DNA of 64,000 nt from Macrostomum hystrix (Eukaryota; Animalia; Platyhelminthes). Within the stretch, counting starts at the first letter, position 1. Each line of letters opens with the position of its first letter. The stretch is from positions 17,546,001 through 17,610,000 of the forward strand of contig CATNEN010000039.1 in assembly GCA_950097015.1 (NCBI GenBank). The letters are read 5' to 3'. The notes under the pieces were generated by a model. The model did no database searches and was not told where the DNA came from. It was given only the letters and a program-made list of their open reading frames with translations. The position numbers were made by a program, and so were the translations under genes. Below are positions 46,301-56,162 of this stretch, piece by piece.

Positions 46301-46704
46301 ACCTAGCCAGCTGGTTGGATGGTACAGGGACCTAGCTAGGTTGATGGTACAGGAACTAACCCATGGCTGTCGTGTGCCCACAGCTACCAGCTGGTACGGT
46401 GTTGCTAAACGCCCTCGGAGCAGCAGGCCTCTGCAGCGACGCCTTCCCTGAGCCGGACGAGTTCGATCCAGACCGATGGACTGCTCAGCAGCAGCAGCAG
46501 CAGCAGCAGTTCGAGCCATTTGGTTGGGGTCGCCGTAAATGTCCAGGTTATAGGCTAGCGTACGCTGAGACAACCCTGTGGCTGTGCCGCCTGTTGAAGG
46601 AATTCCGCTTTCGCCTAGTTGATGACACTTACACGGCTGTGGCGGACTTTGGCCTGGTGTCCCGGCCGAAAGAGGAAGTGTGGGTGCTGGCCGAGGCATT
46701 GTGA
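34311..46704 (+). CDS. CYP20A1: Cytochrome P450, CYP20 family; exons 34311-34388, 42253-42302, 43348-43550, 44623-44882, 45316-45411, 45490-45912, 46384-46704
   Basis: TM anchor MISFFVVGFAALFIVLLIGFLLYASP, hinge IPGPPP, CYP20-type GNLPDISKAGSLHEFLCQLH..GPMAGFYFG..VVSL, I-helix IGGFHTSG, K-helix ETMR, PDRW, heme motif FGWGRRKCPG; all six introns are GT-AG and phase-compatible. Confidence 0.88.
35544..35927 (+). repeat. 5' LTR
   Basis: TGTAGTAGGG..CCCTGTTACA; appears identical to 41702-42085. Confidence 0.97.
35932..35949 (+). promoter_or_regulatory. Primer binding site (TGGTGGCAGCGG.., tRNA-Leu-like)
   Basis: TGG-initiated sequence 4 nt after the 5' LTR; the tRNA identity is recalled from known PBS types, not searched. 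Confidence 0.75.
35988..36896 (+). CDS. gag: Gag with CCHC zinc knuckle
   Basis: CFNCGKLGHIARFC; capsid-like QGKNESVEAYSDSLIELAARAF. Confidence 0.93.
   Translation: MDQAQVQDLMTVLAEELRNRLEIAPTRHVKIQKFTPNQDIQVWLTAFDQRCETEGIDVDHRKQELLANLDLSTAFASVQRMNLPENLDYEEFKERIAERFGRTGSPAEFREEFRGRMQGKNESVEAYSDSLIELAARAFPNMTMEQREDELVEQYIKGAKISADMREKLIFAQPANLQELKRMLRRLEAAWSMTHKGAGVRITRNGEEEEESLRATIVKQKEEIERQQKLLQELTSKMAEKQYVPRKPYVPKFLQQQNTQYNGQQFLNQNRTCFNCGKLGHIARFCPMRMGNGQQNFQNQGN
36887..36960 (+). promoter_or_regulatory. Programmed -1 ribosomal frameshift signal (G GGA AAC + stem/pseudoknot)
   Basis: Slippery heptamer at 36887-36893 just before the gag stop; the -1 frame is open through to pol; stem GAGGGACG/CGTTCCTC lies 8 nt downstream. 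Confidence 0.8.
36893..41500 (+). CDS. pol: Pol polyprotein (protease, RT, RNase H, integrase, acidic C-terminal tail), probably expressed as Gag-Pol
   Basis: FLIDTGA protease; LDLNSGYWQV, QGLSNAPGTFQR and YIED RT; TDAS..ELLA..TDH RNase H; H..GH..CIPC, HIDLIGP, TDNG and VERFNR integrase. Confidence 0.95.
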   Translation, partial: LKYEGRKSRPRSSGKSFNKFQASEFVNSAYKIDNQRFAYKKNNYYFNKFNQPREMRQHHAYAPSTAKMQAHSKAPVTPCETSQKAASKEIKSESPIETIRIPEPVKKGQEAIVNGKIRKRDIMFLIDTGAGNNFLSRSSWKRVVCDDEIEPCNLRVTTFDGSVVSLRGESMLKVKFGEIEIETRFLLCDHDCDDILGMDFLTDYCDGINFSKGVLVLKDGICIPIQFTRLPVRIRRVYCQNQITIPANSALKVPIRLGENAEANHGTPMVIETNDGYIAAQGYDLELVPALVTLNEGVGVIELVNKQNREVKVKGAALIGYAKPLTAKNLNYFVNSINSSQNTGQVNAVKREEASKDIDEWIKEVNIGEMNSEQKEQVIQLLKENRAAFSQTEQDMGLTHLVTHEIALKDTTPVRIPTRRIPPHLQKQVDDLLDDMLAKNLIRPCYSTYSTPLVIVPKKDGTIRIVSDFRVLNSRVEYYPYPLPNIQETFSHLTGSQYFSSLDLNSGYWQVPIKEEHKHMTAFSTLTRGQFEYQVMAQGLSNAPGTFQRLMNLVLIGIQHKFAMSYIEDIVTYSKEFDEHLCHLREVFRRLSEAGLKLRPRKCNLFQEELKYLGHIVGRNGIRTDPAKIEAIRSWPPPQDVKELRSFLGLCNYYCRFVKDYAEAAHPLFQLTKKGITNFKEKWNSKHDEAFALLKQKMMSTDVLAYPEFSEYENVKMVLDTDASEGRIGACLGQIQADGVERPIAYFSRAMTESEKRYPITRKELLALVDGMKHFRFYLIGKKFLARTDHKAILWLLRQTEAQGILGRWIERLSEFQYEIQHRSGAKHSNADSLSRRPSEIKEASEAKINQSQITGRAMMSQSCQTDSGIDTDDDDANEIFVDARDYFEDEELEETTACRKLLTDFLSVPLTKEQLVIAQREDQDVKILIEWKEQGILRPELPTGASHELKKMIKSYEQMKIEDGMLTIVTDGTRKVVLPSGIEKEVLRELHDSPLAGHLGRDKTVQKVRERFWKPGLVTTVENYVAECIPCLESKAGNKVKAPVQTFPVCEAFHRLHIDLIGPISKESRRGHKYVLTVIDSTTKFPFAFPIRNQKSDTVIKLLQERIFSEYGQCRWIHTDNGKTFVSRQFQAFCTLYGIKHTCTTPYHAQSNGLVERFNRQIKSIITCLVEKDHSDWDLLIPAALVAVRTSVNQTTGFTPHYLLFGREAELPIDSVVKRPRLYYDYPSYVADHAKRIEEMQKVVQKKLEKVRDRREQAAETVITKAVPIGGLVLINNPQLHGDESNKFHRKKRASYRVLAKLSDTVFRVQKEENGKLIGAMMLVHRNNLTPVPNSVKATGMPESSDMEKREPTDKGRQETAQKIQKRKEVQPKILKKAVQEIEQEESSDSEEERIQWRACKETDISGSEIEETDEDSDTDSGSSAELIEDSETETEEELEESEEDNEEEPEAEPPDHDVVEEPACEEEAEDRADVASGTAAPLQWREVRYNLRPRKPTVINEPAGPTPVANRREAPRKPNKYGFVPRKRYSHYQ
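41689..41701 (+). promoter_or_regulatory. Polypurine tract
   Basis: AGGGAAGGCAAG immediately 5' of the 3' LTR. Confidence 0.65.
41702..42085 (+). repeat. 3' LTR
   Basis: Direct repeat of 35544-35927. Confidence 0.97.
42543..43186. mobile_element. Non-autonomous DNA transposon (MITE) in CYP20 intron 2
   Basis: TIRs GGGTAATGTATCATCAACCGAACA / TGTTTGGTTGATGATACATTACCC, flanked by TA on both sides; extra internal TIR-like copy near 42960. Confidence 0.8.
43647..44510. repeat. Intronic minisatellite, ~30-bp unit GGCCTGAAGGCTATAGACTCGAAGGATATT
   Basis: Directly visible, in CYP20 intron 3. Confidence 0.96.
45945..46350. repeat. Intronic minisatellite, 29-bp unit GGATGGTACAGGGACCTAGCCAGCTGGTT
   Basis: Directly visible; fills most of CYP20 intron 6. 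Confidence 0.96.
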
Positions 46705-46901
46705 ACCCGGATAGTTAAGCTTGTCAGACACTGCTTACTAATTGAGGCACATTATCTTAAGTCTGAATGGAAATGTGTAATCATTATCGTACTGTTACCA
46801 AATGTATTGATACAAGTCGTAGAGTTATTAATATGTCAATATGGAATCCCGCGTTCAATATTCGAAAATAAACGATCATGTAATCAAAACGCTTAAAAAA
46901 C

Positions 46902-47319
46902 CAGCTGACAGAATTAACTGAGGTCTGATCTCACAGAATTCCCTGAGGTCTCAGCTGACAGAATTAATTGAGGTCTGATCTGACAGAATTCCCTGAGGTC
47001 TCAGCTGACAGAATTCCATGAGGTCTCAGCTGACAGAATTCCATGAGGTCTCAGCTGACAGAATTCAATGAGGTCTCAGCTGACAGAATTCCCTGAGGTC
47101 TCAGCTGACAGAATTTTCTGAGGTCTGATCTGACAGAATTCCATGAGGTCTCAGCTGACAGAATTCCCTGAGGTCTCAGCTGACAGAATTCCCTAAGGTT
47201 TCAGCTGACAGAATTCCATGAAGTCTCAGCTGACAGAATTCCCTGAGGTCTCAGCTGACAGAATTCCCTGAGGTCTTAGCTGACAGAATTCCCTGAGGTC
47301 TTAGCTGACAGAATTCCAT
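46902..47319. repeat. Minisatellite, 25-bp unit CAGCTGACAGAATTCCCTGAGGTCT
   Basis: Directly visible, downstream of CYP20. Confidence 0.95.
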
Positions 47320-47724
47320 TTTCTGATAAATTTTCATTTTCTTAAATAGCATCTGTTGTTCTAGTTTGAAGGTGACCTATGTTGCACTACTATATATCTC
47401 GAGTCTGTGTTTTTAGTATTTATGTTCCTACCTTTCGGACTATTGCGATCTAAAGAAAAAATAAATGGTTCTGGTGAAAGGATTTTTCTGTAATTTTTCA
47501 ATTTTCTGGTGTGGTATTTTCCGTCTAGTTTCCGTTTCTCGTACAGGTGTATAGCTCGCTAACAAATAGAACTCTCATAGTGAAAGTTATTTATGCTAAC
47601 TTGATTTCTCTCATTATCTACTAGAATAGATAACCTTAACCTCTTCCTTAACCGTTTACGGTTACGTTACGGTAAACGGTTTTTTTGTTCTTTATTTTTT
47701 AACTATATGGCGACTTATTGGACG

Positions 47725-47935
47725 GTTAAGATGCGAGCGTCCTAAAGCGCATTTTGCCTCTCGCACCAAGGTCATGAGCTCGATTCCGCGGCGAGGCCAC
47801 AATTCATTTGGTTTCATAGAGTGTGTGCTCAGGAGTCAGCGGAATGGGAACAGTTGCCTCCTCGATGGCTGCGGACGTGATGTCATTAAATAATGTGCCA
47901 TTGCCCCGCAGGCCTACCGCAATCAAATGAAATCA
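47725..47935 (+). mobile_element. Internally deleted SINE family B copy
   Basis: TTTGCCTCTCGCACCAAGG..GAGCTCGATTCCGCGGCGAGGCCAC, then GTGTGCTCAGGAGTCAGCG..CCCCGCAG. Confidence 0.7.
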
Positions 47936-48276
47936 AATTTTGCTATTAAAAGTTAGTTAAATGAATTAGGCAAGATGAAGGCTACAAAAAGCGTCTGGAT
48001 TTACAGAAAATTAACTTGTCTTCAGTTTATTGTTATGCAATCGAACAGTGAAGTACAACAGTAAAAAAAATGCTTAAGGTAGAACCTGTTTAAGTACACG
48101 TATTTACTTACTAATAATCTTGACACAACTAAACAAGAGGACACATTTATGTACAGAAAGCTGTTGTTGTCAATAACAGAATTTTCTTTAATCAGCAGAC
48201 ATATAGACAGTTTGTAGATATACCTAGATCATAGACAAAATTGCTAGTAGTTTTAAGTAGACCATAATCTTACCTT

Positions 48277-48900
48277 CAGTGTATCAGCAGCTATCACCCA
48301 TTGTCGTGTCATTCAGTGTATCAGCACTGCCCTGTCCTTCAGTGCATCAGCAGCTATCACCCATTGTCGTGTCAATCAGTGTATCAGCAGCTATCACCCA
48401 TTGTCGTGTCAATCAGTGTATCAGCAGCTATCACCCATTGTCGTGTCAATCAGTGTATCAGCAGCTATCACCCATTGTCGTGTCCTTCAGTGTTCCAGCA
48501 GCTATCCACCCATTGTCGTGTCCTTCAGTGTTCCAGCAGCTATCCACCCATTGTCGTGTCCTTCCGTGTATCAGCAGCTATCACCCATTGTCGTGTCAAT
48601 CAGTGTATCAGCAGCTATCACCCATTGTCGTGTCCTTCAGTGTATCAGCAGCTATCACCCATTGTCGTGTCAATCAGTGTATCAGCAGCTATCACCCATT
48701 GTCGTGTCATTCAGTGTTCCAGCAGCTATCACCCATTGTCGTGTCATTCAGTGTTCCAGCAGCTATCACCCATTGTCGTGTCCTTCAGTGTATCAGCAGC
48801 TATCACCCATTGTCGTGTCCTTCAGTGTATCAGCAGCTATCACCCATTGTCGTGTCATTCAGTGTATCAGCACTGCCCTGTCCTTCAGTGCATCAGCAGC
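48277..48900. repeat. Minisatellite, 37-bp unit CAGTGTATCAGCAGCTATCACCCATTGTCGTGTCAAT
   Basis: Directly visible, just 3' of the XLF stop codon. Confidence 0.95.
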
Positions 48901-48959
48901 CACAAACACCCAGTCATTCTTCAGCACTCTCGTAAATTGTGTCGCAGAAGCAAGCCAAA

Positions 48960-49889
48960 TCAGAACAGGCCCTTCTTTTTCTTCTTTTTAATATTCTTAA
49001 TCCCAGCCTCGCGATCGGCTTCAATCTTTCTTTTAATCTCTTCGCGACGCTGTCGCTCGCTTGGATCTTCTTCATCTAGCAGCAGCCGCCGCTCCTCTCT
49101 GGCCGGCTTCGCTGGGCCGGACGCCGCAGGGGGAGCTGTGGATGGCGAGCTGGTAGCAGCTCCGGGTTTATCTCCTGCTGCCGCAGCGACGGCTGAGTCT
49201 ACGACTGCAACGCCACGCGCCAAACGCTGACGCCATCGTTCACCAGCCGTGGTGGCAACATCAGCAACACCACGAGATCCAGCCGAAACCGACGGGGCTG
49301 GCGCTAGCTTTTCAGCGTCGGCGATAAGGTCGGTGAGCAGTCGCGGACAGCGCAGGCCATTGTCGCTGGCCAGCTGAACGGCGGCTCGACTCAGACGGGC
49401 CAGACGATCGCGAGCGTCGGTCGCTTCAGCTTCGGCGGCTGCGGCGGCAATAGCCAGTGGTTGAACCAGAAGGGCGTCCAATGCGTCCTGCCGGGCGGGG
49501 CGCAGTTGAAACTGCCAGACGAATTCGGTGTCGGCAATCTGCTCCGACAGTCGGCCGCGAAGTTGCAACAGCTCGGGCGACAGGAGTCGTAGCTCGGCCA
49601 GCGGGTTGGCCAGCGAGGCCAGAATAGCTGCGCGCACCCGAGCAACCGGCGCTTCGATGCGCGGATTGAGGCGAGCAAAGTCAGCAGCCAGCTGGGCATT
49701 AGTTGATCGGCTCAGCCAATAGCTGCCGCTCACCTGACAAAGGTAGACAAGAGCCGGCTGGTTAGACTCATCGTAGTCCGCTAATTTCAGGCGACACTCC
49801 GGATGAACAATCTGAAAGATGGTCTCAGACGGATTATCGCCAAGCTGACGAGTTGAGACCAGGACAGCTGGCGCTGCTTTTGAGTCGGC
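48960..49889 (-). CDS. NHEJ1: XLF/Cernunnos non-homologous end-joining factor, last coding exon (5' exon uncertain)
   Basis: LNPRIEAP, FVWQFQL..LLVQPL followed by coiled coil, and C-terminal KKKKKKGLF matching the XLF Ku-binding motif; the frame stays open upstream to the acceptor CCTTCAG at 49890. Confidence 0.8.
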   Translation of the reverse strand, partial: ADSKAAPAVLVSTRQLGDNPSETIFQIVHPECRLKLADYDESNQPALVYLCQVSGSYWLSRSTNAQLAADFARLNPRIEAPVARVRAAILASLANPLAELRLLSPELLQLRGRLSEQIADTEFVWQFQLRPARQDALDALLVQPLAIAAAAAEAEATDARDRLARLSRAAVQLASDNGLRCPRLLTDLIADAEKLAPAPSVSAGSRGVADVATTAGERWRQRLARGVAVVDSAVAAAAGDKPGAATSSPSTAPPAASGPAKPAREERRLLLDEEDPSERQRREEIKRKIEADREAGIKNIKKKKKKGLF

Positions 49890-50287
49890 CTGAAGGCGAG
49901 GATAAAAATAACATCTTCGAAGCGAAGTCCATAGGAAATTATAATTTACTTTTTTAAAAAATATTCTTCTATCCGAAAAACGCAGTAAAACTATTTAATT
50001 AGGATGTCAAAAATTATTTAAAGCAATGCCAACAAGAATTTTAACAAAACATTTTTATTTTATAAAAAATATGCAATACATTAATTGTAGTATTAAAAAT
50101 CACAGCAAACAGAAAGTTTGCTCGTAGACATTTGGACTGAAAGAAGCAGCGGTAAGCTGGAATACTGGAATAGTCGAGATTTAAAAAAGGGGGCAAAAAT
50201 TACTTGCACCGAACCGGGTCGATTATTCCAATACTGCTAAGTCCAAACACACTTTCACCTCACTCTCAAACAGCATTAAGTCTCAAT

Positions 50288-50872
50288 AGGCCGCATGAAT
50301 AAAGTGAGCAATTGCTCAAAGTCTACGAGATTCTCAATTCAGAATGAATAAAGTGAGTGCTTGCTGATTGCTGATGATTGTCCTAGTGTTAGTGTTAGTG
50401 TTCACCCCTCGAGCAATTGCTCTGTGACTGAGTAGAGACTCGCGTCAGCAAGAATAAACTCTGGCCATAGACAAATGTCTGAAGCATTTGCTGGCGTTTT
50501 CTTGAGTCAAGTCGGCAGCGTGCTCAGCGCCTATTCAGCACCACGCAGCGAACGAAAATCTCATCGTCTTCGTCTTGAGTCAACATTTTTGTCATACAAC
50601 GTAGCAAATCTTGCTTGCGAGGCGAGCCTCGTTCGTTCCATTAAACAGCAAAGAAGAGGGAAGTGATTTTGATCACCATTTTGTCTATGGTACAAATTCG
50701 CTGAGCAACTGCTCGGGTGGCTGGGAACTTGCTCGAAGTTTGAGATAAATCATTATTCATACGAAAAGTGAGCGGTTGCTCAAACTCAGCAATTGCTCAG
50801 CTCTGAGCACTTGCTAAACTCAGAGTAGGACCATTTACTCATGAGCAATTGCTCACTTTATTCATACGGCCT
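50288..50872. mobile_element. MITE with ~30-bp TIRs (AGGCCG(C/T)ATGAATAAAGTGAGCAATTGCTCA)
   Basis: Left arm from 50288, right arm ending 50872; flanks can be read as a 3-bp AAT TSD (PIF/Harbinger-like) or as TA|GGCC..GGCC|TA; internal TGAGCAATTGCTCA subrepeats. Confidence 0.85.
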
Positions 50873-51350
50873 AATGTCTCGTCTCATGATCATTAAAGTT
50901 GTCGCAATATACTAATATTAGCCAGATTGGTTATTAGCAAGGAAAACGCGACTTTATTTAACAGTAAAAAGCTGTTTCTTTCAGTACTAGAATAAAGAAG
51001 TTCAACAGAAATAAACTTGTAAGAAATCTCTTGATCGTACAATCATTCTATAGTTTGTTCTAAAACTGAACAAAACTAACAGCAGAAAATATATAAACAT
51101 GTACGTAGCGCTCACTTTCCTATCTCAGGCAAAATTGTTTAATCATCTTGACACAAAAAGCCTTTTGATCTAACCAAGTCCTCTGAAATCAGTCTGACAG
51201 CTTGAGCTGCTGAACTCGAATTCGAACCCCTGACGTCGTTAGGTTGACTAAGCGCAAAGTATTTGCCAGAGTTTCACTAAGGCACTGTAAAAATCACACG
51301 AACTCAATCATATCTAAGTAGGAAAAGTAGCTAAACTGTCAGGGTGCATT

Positions 51351-52706
51351 TCAAGGCAAGTCACTTAACATTATCATATAAGCCGGCGTAGCAGTGACAA
51401 ACGGGCCGTCGTCGTCGACATCTTCCAGATGACGCTCGCCATTTTGATCGTCAGGCTCAGCAGTGTCTAATTCGAGAATAAGGTCGTGATTGGCGGCATC
51501 TACCAACTCACAAAAGGCACGAGCTAAATCGCTGCTTCGTAGGTCGTTCAACAATGCGCTGTATAGGCTCTCACGAGCGGCTACAACGAGTTGATCAACG
51601 GAGATTCGAGTCAGGTCTTCGCCGAGGTTGAACTTTAGATCGGTCATCAGAAGAAGAATAGCGTCCTCGCAGTATTGAGCACTGACTGCTCTGCCAGTGT
51701 CGGAGGTTAAAGCCTGCCAACAAAAGAGTTTTCTTTAAAGCCAACTAAGAATGCGTTAAGAATTAAATATGGAATCGATGTCTATGGCATTTTTACAGAA
51801 ACTCCCGTACAAACCGAGTAACTAAAGATTACTGTGATGCTGCAAGTCACAATCGGAGTCCGATCTAATACTAGCCCAACAAGATCAATCATAGCCTGCA
51901 ATTCGGCCTACCGAGTCAACTCCTCAGTTGCCGATTCACTCACACAATGGTTTGGAAAGTAGCTTAAGATGAGTATCGGGTGGCTTCCGGCCATTCTGGT
52001 TGCTAGAAGTCGCTTAATCCATATGAGCTTGCCCATATCCTACACACCTTCAATTCCTAGTCATAAGACTGTTGGAAACACAACTGTCTATGGCAGAACC
52101 TTTCATTCATTCCTCCACACAGCCACTAAGAGGGATGGAAGAATCAACATCCATTTGGTTTACACTCGAGCGCGCGAGTCTATGGCAAAAACCTCACCCT
52201 ATGGATTTGTCAATAGAAGCTACCAATAACACTGCTTTATTATTTTCTGTCAGCCTTCGTCACCTCACCTGACGAATGATTCTTAAGTCAGCCAATCGTG
52301 GAAGGTCCACTGTTTTCAGACATTCAGCCAGTTCCATTGCTGGCAGGCCGGAGGCAAAGCCATCCCTCCTATGGCTGCACTGCAGGCGTGCAAGTTGATT
52401 GGGACAATGTGGATTATTCCAACAATTAGGCCTAGAACCCGGAAGTCTAGTCCAACTGCATCGGAGGCTGCAGGCGAAGCAGACGATCTCGTGGCTAGAT
52501 TCGGCAAAAAATCCGAGGCTAGCAAGTTCAGATGAAATCTCTGTGGCATCATCAAACTGGCTGAAGCTTTCAAGACGCTTTCGCTCAAGAAAATAGTATT
52601 TATTAGCAGTCTTTATCCATAGATACATAAATGATATTAAGTAGGGCAGCCGGACATTTCTTGTTTGGAAATATTTCGATATAGTTTTTAAGAATGGCAC
52701 ACGCAT
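51351..52706 (-). CDS. Divergent BIR-domain (IAP-like) protein 1; exons 52706-52269 and 51713-51351
   Basis: ERKRLESF..ELASLGFF..EIVCFACSLRCSW..NNPHCP BIR-like pattern; the phase-0 GTGAGG..TTGGCAG intron links in frame to the 51351-51647 ORF. Confidence 0.62.
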
Positions 52707-53097
52707 TCTGCCGGTGCTATTGATGCCTGATGGATTTTTTGTACTTCAGTCAAAAAAAGCCTTAGCCCTTCCTTTATAGACAAGAGATAGTAGATTCAGT
52801 AGACGGCAGATTGTGTCAATGTGACGACTGCTGCAGTAGCGGTGTAGCTCGAAAACTAGTATACTGATTAGTGCCAATTGAAAGACAAGGTATTTCTCTG
52901 TATCATTGTCTTCCTCCATCAAACTTTCGATCTAAATATCTCTTTTTTGCTGCCTATAAAACAATCCTGAAACGAGTGTAAAGTAAAATAATTATACTAG
53001 ATGCATAAACACTCTTCATATAAACTAATGCTTATTACACTAACCTGAGTGATGCTCATTAAATTAATCATGCTCATGCTCATAGTGATGCATAGAG

Positions 53098-54630
53098 ACT
53101 GATACTCAATGCACTAACCTGAGAGAGTGATACTCAATACACTAACCTGAGAGAGTGATACACAATACACTAACCTGTGAGAGTAATACTCAATACACTA
53201 ACCTGAGAGAGTGATACTCAATACACTAACCTGAGAGAGTGATACTCAATACACTAACCTGAGAGAGTGATACTCAATACACTAACCTGAGAGAGTGATA
53301 CTCAATACACTAACCTGAGAGAGTGATACTCAATACACTAACCTGAGAGAGTGATACTCAATACACTAACCTGAGAGAGTGATACTCAATACACTAACCT
53401 GAGAGTGATACTCAATACACTAACCTGAGAGAGTGGTACTCAATACACTAACCTGAGAGAGTGATACTCAATACACTAACCTGAGAGAGTGATACTCAAT
53501 ACACTAACCTGAGAGAGTGATACTCAATACACTAACCTGAGAGAGTGATACTCAATACACTAACCTGTGAGAGTAATACTCAATACAAAATCCTGAGAGT
53601 GATACTCAATACACTAACCTGAGAGAGTGATACTCAATACACTAACCTGTGAGAGTGATACTCAATACACTAACCTGAGAGAGTGATACTCAATACACTA
53701 ACCTGAGAGAGTGATACTCAATACACTAACCTGAGAGAGTGGTACTCAATACACTAACCTGAGAGAGTGATACTCAATACACTAACCTGAGAGAGTGATA
53801 CTCAATACACTAACCTGAGAGAGTGATACTCAATACACTAACCTGAGAGAGTGATACTCAATACACTAACCTGTGAGAGTAATACTCAATACAAAATCCT
53901 GAGAGTGATACTCAATACACTAACCTGAGAGAGTGATACTCAATACACTAACCTGTGAGAGTGATACTCAATACACTAACCTGAGAGAGTGATACTCAAT
54001 ACACTAACCTGAGAGAGTGATACTCAATACACTAACCTGAGAGAGTGATACTCAATACACTAACCTGAGAGAGTGATACTCAATACACTAACCTGTGAGA
54101 GTGATACTCAATACACTAACCTGAGAGAGTGATACTCAATACACTAACCTGTGAGAGTGATACTCAATACACTAACCTGAGAGAGTGATACTCAATACAC
54201 TAACCTGAGTGTGATACTCAATACACTAACCTGAGAGAGTGATACTCAATACACTAACCTGAGATAGTGATACTCAATACACTAACCTGAGAGAGTGATA
54301 CTCAATACACTAACCTGAGAGAGTGATACTCAATACACTAACCTGAGAGAGTGATACTCAATACACTAACCTGAGAGAGTGATACTCAATACACTAACCT
54401 GAGAGAGTGATACTCAATACACTAACCTGAGAGAGTGATACTCAATACACTAACCTGAGAGTGATACTCAATACACTAACCTGAGAGAGTGATACTCAAT
54501 ACACTAACCTGAGAGAGTGATACTCAATACACTAACCTGAGAGAGTGATACTCAATACACTAACCTGAGAGAGTGATACTCAATACACTAACCTGAGAGA
54601 GTGATACTCAATACACTAACCTGAGAGAGT
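53098..54630. repeat. Minisatellite, 28-bp unit GAGAGTGATACTCAATACACTAACCTGA, ~55 copies
   Basis: Directly visible. Confidence 0.98.
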
Positions 54631-55445
54631 AAAAAATATAGAAAAAGTTGATTTGTAATGAACAAAACCTACAGCTGATTGGCTCACAAAATGTGTGTTC
54701 AGGTATTTCGCTATTTAATCGGTCTTGACACTTACAGAACAGTTATCTACGAATTTAAATATTCGCAGGTATTCCAAACTTAAAGCAAAACAACTGAAAA
54801 AAGACAGAAAAATGTTACACTTGAGTGAATTCTGAATAAACACATTCTAATGTCTAAAATATTTCAAAAAAAGGAAACAAACCAGCAGGAGGAATAAAAA
54901 TAGCTACATAAACAGAGCAGCAAGCGTTGCAAATATTATCGATGTGTAATATCGATGCATTCAAAGCGAAAAATATTCTCTGATTATTTTTGGCGTCGGT
55001 TGATTAAGATACTTGTACAGAACCAAAAAACTTTTAATTTAATAACTATTTAAAAAACATTCCATAGCGAAACATCTAGCTCTCGCACGGCTTCCAAAGC
55101 ACTAAGGAGATCATGGAAATTGGTTTAGGTTTAGGAAAACGTAATGCTAGTGAAACGCATTGTGTACATACGAGTACATTCTGCTAATTTCCGATCTTGT
55201 CTCGTCTTTTATTTTTTTTAAATCCTTGAGTAGCAAGGGAATAATATACGCAGAAGAAGCTAATAAAATACAAATGAAAAGTGGGGTGCAAAAAGCAGAT
55301 GCATTTGCAGTGCTTGTACTTTTAAACTGAGCTATTCGGATGGGCATTTTAAAGGTGAGTTAGACAAAATTCTTGAATAAAATAGTTTTTTTAGGAAAAT
55401 AGCTCTGTCACCTTAGCATTATGGATATATAAAGGCGATTTCAAG

Positions 55446-56162
55446 TTAGCTAGCTTGCACAGCTAAATTAGCCAGCTGTGAAATGTTCAGCGGAGGCCCG
55501 GCCGGTGGCAAAGAAGAGGTCGGACCGGCACGCACTAGCTGGCGAAACTCGCTGGCAAATGTTGATGCCTCATCTAGCGCCGGAAATAAAAACAGCGACC
55601 CAGCACTGAGGTCATCGGCTAGCAAGCGCCTGGAAACAGTATCGACACTGAGACTGCGAAGAGACTGGCCCTCTTTTACTAGGATCCAGTCAAGGCAGAA
55701 GATCACAGAATCCCCAGGAAATAGCGCCATCAGCACTTGTCCGGGAATGCTGTTCAAATAGGATAAAATGTCATCTAACTGCTGCGGCGTTGGCAACTCG
55801 CTGTCTCGCTGTTCCAAATGTTCATGCCACATTGGAGTTTCAATTGAACGGCGAGCCGCCTGCAGAGGACAATTTGGCCTATTAAAAGCGCCGTCGATGC
55901 TGCATCCGATGCGTTCAGGCCTGCATTTGAAGCCGCAGCTAAAGCAGGCTACATCGCCGCCTGGTAGGGGAAAGAAACCCAGGCGAGCTATCTGCAATGC
56001 TTCGGGACCAACCAGACCCACTTGCTCAAAGGCGGCAGTGCGATCAGCTTGGAGGAGCTTGTCACGATATTTGGCATTACGACAGATGTCCAGAATGTTC
56101 ATGCACGATTTGTATGTAGCTCCATGGGGTGCTAGTTCGTCCGAAATTAGTGAGGCTGACAT
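55446..56162 (-). CDS. Divergent BIR-domain (IAP-like) protein 2
   Basis: DRTAAF..QIARLGFFP..DVACFSCGFKC..NRPNCP BIR-like pattern; paralogous layout to 51351-52706. Confidence 0.62.
   Translation of the reverse strand: MSASLISDELAPHGATYKSCMNILDICRNAKYRDKLLQADRTAAFEQVGLVGPEALQIARLGFFPLPGGDVACFSCGFKCRPERIGCSIDGAFNRPNCPLQAARRSIETPMWHEHLEQRDSELPTPQQLDDILSYLNSIPGQVLMALFPGDSVIFCLDWILVKEGQSLRSLSVDTVSRRLLADDLSAGSLFLFPALDEASTFASEFRQLVRAGPTSSLPPAGPPLNISQLANLAVQAS

Noticed and set aside
48279-49230. Cys-rich plus-strand ORFs
   Set aside because: Derived from the 37-bp repeat and antisense to XLF.
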